Program-made: the position numbers and the translations under genes
DNA from: Sphaerodactylus townsendi
Lineage: Eukaryota
Direction of reading: 5' to 3'
DNA: 64,000 nt
NCBI RefSeq assembly: GCF_021028975.2
Contig: NC_059426.1
Span: forward strand, 71,052,001 to 71,116,000
Shown here: positions 56,476-64,000 of the stretch, piece by piece
Layout of the letters: the number at the start of each line of letters is the position of its first letter
Numbering within the stretch: the first letter of the stretch is position 1
Notes under the pieces: model-generated
What the model saw: only the letters and a program-made list of their open reading frames with translations
What the model was told of the DNA's origin: nothing
Database searches by the model: none

Positions 56476-59400
56476 CTAATTCACAACATCCACCTCGTTT
56501 TCAGACACTGGAGAGGAATCTGGCCTGACGCACTCGCTATAAAGGAAGAACTCCTCTACCCCACCAACATCTATCTCATCTTCTTCTAAGATGGTCAACA
56601 GGGGAGGCAGCTTACAGTCCAGGTGATGCTGCACAGCTTGATGCTTTGTTTCTGCACCTGAGGTTGTCTCTTCACAGAAGGGAAGCCCTTGCTTCTCAGG
56701 ACTGGGCAAGAAGGCAGTAAGGCTCATAGCCCCATTTTCCAACACAGGCAACTGAAGATGGCCTGTCCAACTTTCCTCTTCAGGAGACGTAAGGCTGCAC
56801 AAAGGAAAGCAATCATTACTGGACAGAGATGTCACAAGTGGAAGGCAACCATTAGCACAGTTCAGAAAGGGAGCTCCATTTGTCAAGCCACAAGTTCCAT
56901 TGCTGACTGTGGAAGCAGAACACCCTTCCTGTCCTTGCAAGGGATTATTTTCTGCCTCAGTCCACTGTGGGGAAACTGCCACCTCTGCTGGATACCAGTG
57001 TTTTTCCTCAGATCCAGTATTTTCTAGTGAAGGGTTACTGGCTGTTGGTGCAGGGCTTGATGTAGGAACACTCTGTGGAACAGTGGTGTCTTTGGATTCC
57101 CTAACAGCAGCAGCATCATCTGCCAGAAGGTAATCCAGCATGTGTTCCAGCTCCCCAGCAGCAGCCAGGTTGTCATATTGTTCACCCTCAGCCAATTGGT
57201 CTAGCATGAATAGCTGGTATGAATCCCCACCGACGCAATCTCCATCAACTGAGGTCACAGCATCCCCAACCTCTCCTAAGGGGGTCCTCTCTGTGAGAGA
57301 GGGACTCTCTGCTTTTACAGGCAGAAGTGCGGTGGAGCTTGCATGGCATTGCGTGGCTGTTACCTCTTGCTTAGGATGTTTGGGTTGGGGCAGGGAGCCC
57401 TCCTCTGCCGAAGCACACACAGACCCTGCAGCTCTCATGGGCTGTGTAGCAGATGTTTTCTGTACCACCTCCCAGCAGCTGCAATTGATCACCTTCCGAA
57501 GCATCATTCGGCCAACCTGCCCAGCCTCCTGGGTGGGGTTTAAGCTTAGAGCTGTCTCACTGGAGCTGCGCTTTCTACCTTTAGTAGCCTTTGGAAGCAG
57601 TGGTGGACTCAAGAAGTCATGCAAATGGCTAACCACTTTGGCTTCTTTGGTCTCAATCTTCAAAGTAGGACTTTTCTTACGCCAGAAGCGCCTACTGGAC
57701 TTTGAGATTTTGCTGGAAACAGGAACACTATGGTCTTCAGTGGTGCACGGCAAAGTCAACGAGGAGAGTTGTGAACGGCTGAGCTTGATCTTTTTTGACT
57801 CTTGCAAGCCAACCACAGCTTGCTCATCTCTGGATCTGGCCTGCACTTGGTGCAGATTACTAATTTCTTCATTGCCCAGATTATTCCTTATAGTGCCTGC
57901 AAGACGTTTTTTAGCTTTCGTTGTTAGGAACTCTGCCATAGCACAGGAGTCTGCAGACATCTGGTGTTTGCTTTCGCTCTTAATTACTATTTCTTTCTTT
58001 AAAGTCCGTTTCTGACCAGTATTGCTATTGTTACCTGTTCCCTTGGTGAATGGAAGCTGTGCTGCTGTATGCTGCTTTCTCGCAAGTGGGTGGGATGTCA
58101 GGCAGTGTCCACCAGAGGCAGGAGAAGACTGCATCAGATGGCCCTCTGGAATGGATACTGGACTGGACAACTGTAGGCACTCCCGGTTTAAACGACGGCC
58201 CAGTGCCTTTTTTACCAGCTTTCCTCCCTCTAACTGTAGAGACTCTAGCTCCGACACCTGAAGCTGCTGGGCAGCTGCAAGAACATCCTGGGCTTCTTCC
58301 CGGGACACCTCCATCTCAGAGGTATAGAGGAAATCTACTAGTTTACGCAGTGGCCCAATTTTCAGCCCCCGGAGCTCCAGCACAACCTTATGTCCCTTGG
58401 GAGGCATCTCACGCTCCAAACGCTCTGTGAAGAAGGGGCTGCAAGCTGACAGGATACAACAGTGTGCAGGAACAGCTTCTCCTGTAAACAACATAATTAT
58501 TAGCCGGTATTGTATCAGCAAATAACCCCAGATGTACTGCTACCTCTAAAACTCCTCTTGACAAAGGATGTTCCTCAGGACCTGGCTGTCAGGTGCTCTG
58601 GCCCCCAATATACTATTTCCTTGGGATTTCTCAAGTGCTAATTTTCTTTTCCAAGCAGCAAGCAACTCCTTTTGTTAATATGCAGAGATGTATAGTTTAA
58701 TTTTCCTTCCACATAAACACATAATTTCAGACAGTTGTTTTATAATGTATGCAGATACAAAGCTCAGTTACGTAGACTTATTTGCTCCCATTACTCCTTC
58801 TGCACCTACTATAATTAAAATATAATTCTAAAAATATTAGTTTATCTCATCCCACCTTACCTACACCCATCCCCCCCAGCCTAATTTTGAGGAATCTCTA
58901 GTGCTAACGAAAATGGTACAGGAGGGCCTAAAATTATTCAAAGAATGTACTTGTACAGATACACTTTTCTTTGAGGTAAATATGCTTTGATTTGTTTAAG
59001 TAGAATCAGCTAATGAAAAACACTCCAATCTGTGTTCCTGTATCATTCCAACAGGAATCCAAAGCCACTTACTTCAATTTATATCCTCACAACCACTCTG
59101 AGATAGGCTGAGAATGGAAACTTGCCATGAGGGTTCCTTCTCACTTGGCGGTGAGGAGGGTATCTTAGAAGCTTGGGTGTTTCCCATTGGCTGCTCAGGG
59201 AAGCAGGACTAAAACTCTCTACTTCCTGTCCTCCTATCAGGAACTTGTGAACCGGTTTAAATTCTTTCCAAGCTAACAAACAGGACAGAAGGACCAAGGT
59301 AGGACATAGAACAGACATACACAGTAACCATAAGAAAAAGTGTTGAGGGAGAAGATAAGTGAAGTAATTCCCCTCCTTAGGTATTTCCAAACAAGTAACA

Positions 59401-62400
59401 ATTAATCTAACCTCTAGAACTGTGCTGAAGTATTTTATGGGTGTTTTTTGGTTTAGTCAGCTCCATGTACTTTGTTCTTTGCCTTTAAGAGCCTGTATCA
59501 TTTTTTTCTTTCAGCGCAAATCTGTTGAAGCAGATAATATCTTGAGGTCTTGGATTGTTATTGTTAAAGGTTTTTAATCCTATAGACCTATGGACCCCTT
59601 CAAAGTCAGCTACCAGGAGTATCTGGTAATTAGAAAGATAACTATTCAGCCATGAATTCAGTCAGACAATCTTTTCCTTCCTGATCCTCCATTTCACAAA
59701 TGCAAATATGATTACTTTACCTGTTCTGTAATTCCATCAATTTATTCTTTATCAACACATTTTCACTTTCCAAATCTGTTAATTTCCTTGTCATAATTGT
59801 CAAGGCACCCTTGTTAGTTGATGCTAAATTAAAAGCTTCTACAGTGGTTATTTCAAATTCTTCCAATTTTTCCATTAAATCACTTGATTTAGAGTCAAGT
59901 AAAGTGCCCATGTCTTTCAAGATATCCTCTTTAGCAGAGTTAACTGCCAATTTTAAATCTCTTCTCCATACCTTCTTTGTAACATCAAGTTCTTGTTCTG
60001 AAATGTCAAACTTACACTCTGAAAGAATCAGAGTCAGGTGTCGCCATTTTTCCTTACTTAACTGTATCAGCTCCCAGATGAGCTGTAAATATACTTCAAA
60101 AGAAAGATATGACAAAAATCACAACTGGTCTTAACAAAAATCAAAGTAATTTCACTGCCAGCTATAGTAATTAATTCCAATTTTATGGCTAGGGAGAATT
60201 CATTTTAAAGCTTTTCTCCATCAATCCACCTGCAGCTCTTGGAAGCCATGTGCTTCCTCACAGCACCATGGCTATGCCCCCCTTCATGGACATGTCTGGA
60301 TGCAAAATCTGCTTTCCTCTCTAGCAAATCCTCTATGGATCCCATGCCATCTTCTGAAAGAAGGTCTGTGGATTGGAAAGCTGCTACAGAGGCTTCTACC
60401 AAGAGGACCATCAGCATTTCTGTAGCATGAGGTGCTAAGGAGTAAAATATTTTAGTGATGTTGTGGAACTATTTGCTAATGCTGTTTCCCATTCTGCCCA
60501 TACCAGCCTTTCAAAATAGGATGGAACAGATTTATCTGAGGAGGGTAACCTCAGGAAAGACTTCTTAATACATTTTGGCCTGGATCTGCCCTCTTTGTCC
60601 AACTCAGGATCCTCAGAGAGGTCTAGTCTTAAGCCAGAAGAAACTGATAGCCATTTCCATTAAACCATCTGGCTGGATGTTCTGGTATGGTTGGCTCCTA
60701 ATCAAAGGAAGTTGGCTCCTAATCAAATGGCAGTCACACAGTTGCACACAGTGAACAATTCCCTTCCTCTTTCTCCTCATATGGAAGATGGTGTTGGATT
60801 TCCCTAGAGGTAGCCCAGAGTGGGCACCTGAGTAGGAGGCCTTTCTGGCTGCGTTAGTGGATCACTGCCTGGTGTTTTCCCCTGGGTTAATGATCTGACT
60901 CTTCTCAGTATGGTTAGGAGACCTTGGAAGGAAGTGATGAGGCTGGTCAAGAAGGTAGCTGGAGATGCTGCAACTCCTCCTTTAGGGACTGTTTTACTAT
61001 TTCAGAAATCTCAGGCCTTAGAAGTTTGCCCTCCAACAACCACCAGAGGGGGTGGGGTGATATGATATTACCTCAGAAGCCTTTGTTCTTCAATATCTGT
61101 ATTGAGCCTGCCATTGTTGCCACCTTGGGCCAAACTGCAGCCATTTAAATCTTTTCTGAAGGGGGAGCCCTTTTCAGGTCTTTTTCTAATGGCGCGTTCA
61201 GCTGCTTTCTTTTTGTCAGCTGAGAAGTAGGAGTCCATCGTTACTTCTCTGATGGCTTCTGAGCTGCAAGATTCATTGTCTCCCTGCTGTATCAAGAACA
61301 CCAGATGCAGGCCTGCATCCTCATCAGAGGAAAAGTCATCTCGGCTTCCTGCATGGTGCTCCATGGTGTTCTCCATTAATTTGGCGGGGGTGGGGGTGGG
61401 GGGGCACGAAGGACGGAAGAGGAAAGCATCAAAAAGGCAAAGCAAAAACTAACAAACTCAGCAGCTGAAAAAAAGGAGGAAAGTTGCAGTTGGTAAGGCA
61501 AAGGATTAAGGAAATAGTTAAGGCAAGAAAGAGGTTATTATAAGAAAAAAGTGGACAGGGGAAATTCAGCTGCTGCATAAGACTACCAGGAGCTGCCCTC
61601 CCTTTGCGAGGCAGGAATGAAGCGGGTATACAAGTTCCTCCCTGGAGGGCAAGGAAGTAGAACATTTCAGTCCTGCCTCTTGAGCAGCCAGTGGGAAACA
61701 CCTAAGCTTCCAAGAACCCTCCCAAGTTCAACCAGCAAGTTTCCATAGCAGATTAGAGAACGCACCTGGATCACGTCACCACACTGGCTCTTAAATGTTC
61801 GGAGATCTATGGAGATTGTGCTAACCTGGGCTTTCTAAGACTGAGCTACTTCAGCCATATGTAGAGCATAATGTAAAAAATGAGAGGTAGCATGGGAGCA
61901 TGGAAGTTGCACTCTTTCCCTTTCAAGCCCTTCCCATTCATATGAGAGGATTTAGTGCAGGCTGTACTTACTCAATAATGAGAAAAAGGTACTCTGAACA
62001 TGCTCAGAGGCTATTTTAATACTTTAAAAGTGTGAAGGCTAAGCCATGGAGCTGAAAACAAACTGGGGGCTAAGCCCCAACAAAAGGGTACACACCTATT
62101 CCTATTGAAAGACACATCTCTTACCACCATGAATTAAAGATACTTTTGGAACCTATGCAATCAAGCTACCAGTTAGGACTAGAACAACACTTGACATTGT
62201 TAGGAGCCAATATTAAAATTCTAGCCATGAGCCTTTTGTATATTTTAATATTTAGAATTCACAGACCCACCACAGAGATTCTATGTACCCAAGAGATGTG
62301 TCATCAAACTTTTCCCATCAAAGCATCCTTTCCCTATTTCTTTTCCGTTGTAAGATGATTACCTTCTGCCTGAAGGACAACATCACAAAATAAGTCAGCC

Positions 62401-62489
62401 CTCTGCTGGCGATGGAGCTGCAGGAACACCATCCGGAGAAGACGGGAATTCCGATACAGAATCTTGGGATTTGCAGCTGGGGAGTCCAT
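56476..62489 (-). CDS. BTBD18: BTB/POZ domain-containing protein 18, 710 aa: complement(join(56476..58481,62363..62489))
   Basis: MDSPAANPKILYRNSRLLRMVFLQLHRQQRADLFCDVVLQAEG|EAVPAHCCILSACSPFFTERLERE...KLVDFLYTSEMEVSREEAQDVLAAA matches the BTBD18 BTB domain. Phase-1 GT-AG intron, long low-complexity tail, position convergent with SELENOH. Confidence 0.95.
59110..61750 (-). mobile_element. Degenerate DIRS element with inverted terminal repeats in the BTBD18 intron
   Basis: 59155-59247 is an inverted copy of 61631-61722 (ggaggg..agaagctt.ggtgtttccca.tggctgctca..gcaggact.aaa...ctacttcc...ggaacttg). The interior minus strand reads LSEDGMGSIEDLLERKAD...HE, a DIRS gag-like block. Confidence 0.7.
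59480..60200 (-). mobile_element. L1-type ORF1 (coiled-coil) fragment nested in the DIRS remnant
   Basis: ORF 59717..60115 is heptad-rich ...KLEEFEITTVEAFNLA...RKLTDLESEN..IKNKLMELQNR, typical of an L1 ORF1p coiled coil leading into the NR.R..N motif. Confidence 0.55.
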
Positions 62490-64000
62490 GGTATAAGAAC
62501 TTCCCTGTCTTTGTTAAGCATCAGATTTCTGCAAACACAGAGCTAAGAATGTAATTACCATTCTATACAAGTAGTGCTCTTCACAGAGTATTCATAGTAA
62601 CTAGCCTCCAGCTACCAGACATGAGAAAGATGCATGCAAGTTTTCTTTCATCTGACTGCCAAAACACTTTAATTTGACCTGCTTGTACTACTCCACAGTA
62701 CACATGACCCTGGAGAGTTATTTTAGTTTTACCTCAGTGAATAAGTATAGAATGGCATGGTTAAAAACACAAGAACTTGTGATTTGCCAAGCAGTATCTG
62801 TACTTCCCAGTTGAATCAAGTAATAATATTTGGAACTCTTCCCTTGCCATACAGACATATCAGATCTCAAGCATTCAAGTAGGTGATTTCAGTCAGGAGC
62901 AGAAATCTTGCCTCTAAATACCCCTTACAACCAACACAGAACAGTAGAAAAAACAGTCAGCTTAAAAATCAAAATTGGTAGACTTAAAGTCAAAAAGAAT
63001 CTATTCAGGTTGTAAACCCAGAACTGTCTACATAGCACAATGTGGTCTATCAGATGTCCCAGTTTCTTTCAAAGCATCTCAACACTATAGAACATAATGC
63101 AAATCCTTTTATATCAGAGTCCTACTGCTCCATAGTACTCTACAGAAAAATTCACTGCTATTGCAATGTATCCCTTACAGCATGCATCCTAAACATGATG
63201 CCACGTGCATTTAAGTGTTTTTAAAAAGTGGGAGGGACTATGCGGGGTGTTTGGCTGTGCAGATTAAAGGAATCCTGTTAAAAAGAGTTTCTGCCTAAAA
63301 TGCTGAAGAGTTAATATTAGAGTTATATATAACCTTACTCTCTCACATTTTGTGGTTGACTCCACATCCTGTGGCAGACATTTTATCATTGTGTTAACTG
63401 TCCAGTGCCAAAATTCCAAAAGTGGCCAGGGTCTCAAAAAGGCTGGGGCCTCTGTCTCACAGGAAAGAAATCAAAACTATCTAAATTGTGAATAGGTGTT
63501 TTTGTTGATCTTGCAAGGTTCAGGAGGCATTTTTAAATATATATATTTTAAATTATTGCTACCCACTGTGGAAGACCGAATGCACTCACCATGTTAGGGA
63601 AGTACATTCAAACTGGAACAAGCATAAATTAAAACTGTGAGAATATAGTCAACAGAACAGCATCAGATTAAGTGTAACAGGCTTGTGCTGGTTAACAGCC
63701 TATCCTAGCATCAAAAGTTCAATAGTTTCTACAACGAAAAATTATGGGAAGAAAACACATCTTAATTTCAAGAAAATGAAAGCAGTACATATGCATAAAT
63801 GGTATTTCAAACAGCAATTGGGAAGTTTCTAATAAAAGTGTAAAATCTTGATATACCCAAGAACATCAAGTAAATAAAACACTAACAAATTTCCAGAGTA
63901 ATATAATAGATGAATGGCACCACAGAAACTGATAGTACTCTGGTGTTTTAACTAGCTTTTATAAAGATAGTAGACAGCATTCTCCTTACATGTCTGCAAC

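Noticed and set aside
57140-58015. 291-aa plus-strand ORF antisense to BTBD18
   Set aside because: It is a mirror frame of a Ser/Ala/Glu-rich coding exon with no independent gene signals.
58482-58521. ORF-track N-terminus MLIQYRLIIMLFT for BTBD18
   Set aside because: Intronic; the true N-terminal exon is 62363-62489, which completes the BTB domain.
63590-63700. Candidate BTBD18 non-coding upstream exon (minus-strand donor atg|gtgagt at 63590)
   Set aside because: Only a donor-like motif; no independent support without RNA data.

Overview
Vertebrate genomic DNA, not prokaryotic. It is a squamate reptile, probably a gecko (inferred from the SINE/CR1/Penelope/DIRS/hAT repeat repertoire). The window carries the conserved syntenic block ZDHHC5 (3' part, +) - MED19 (-) - TMX2 (+) - SELENOH (+) - BTBD18 (-). 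I reconstructed all coding exons by hand from GT-AG boundaries and similarity to the human proteins as I recall them; the reading frames join cleanly. SELENOH has an in-frame TGA (CxxU, Sec) and a SECIS hairpin in a separate non-coding last exon, with an unusually long apical part. MED19 and TMX2 share a ~410 bp bidirectional promoter with eight CCAAT boxes. About 11.9-29 kb is a dense nested transposon graveyard: DIRS gag, Penelope, hAT, L1 with Harbinger and SINE insertions, and a near-full-length CR1 inserted with a TSD inside a non-autonomous Helitron. Best leads: (1) tandem WDR5-binding-motif-like (EIDV/EVDV) peptides at the BTBD18 C-terminus; (2) a head-to-head Penelope pair with decayed hammerhead motifs in the probable long ZDHHC5 3'UTR; (3) the non-canonical SECIS; (4) the CR1-in-Helitron; (5) a near-perfect 65-bp fold-back in an old CR1. 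No wholly new system is demonstrable from sequence alone.
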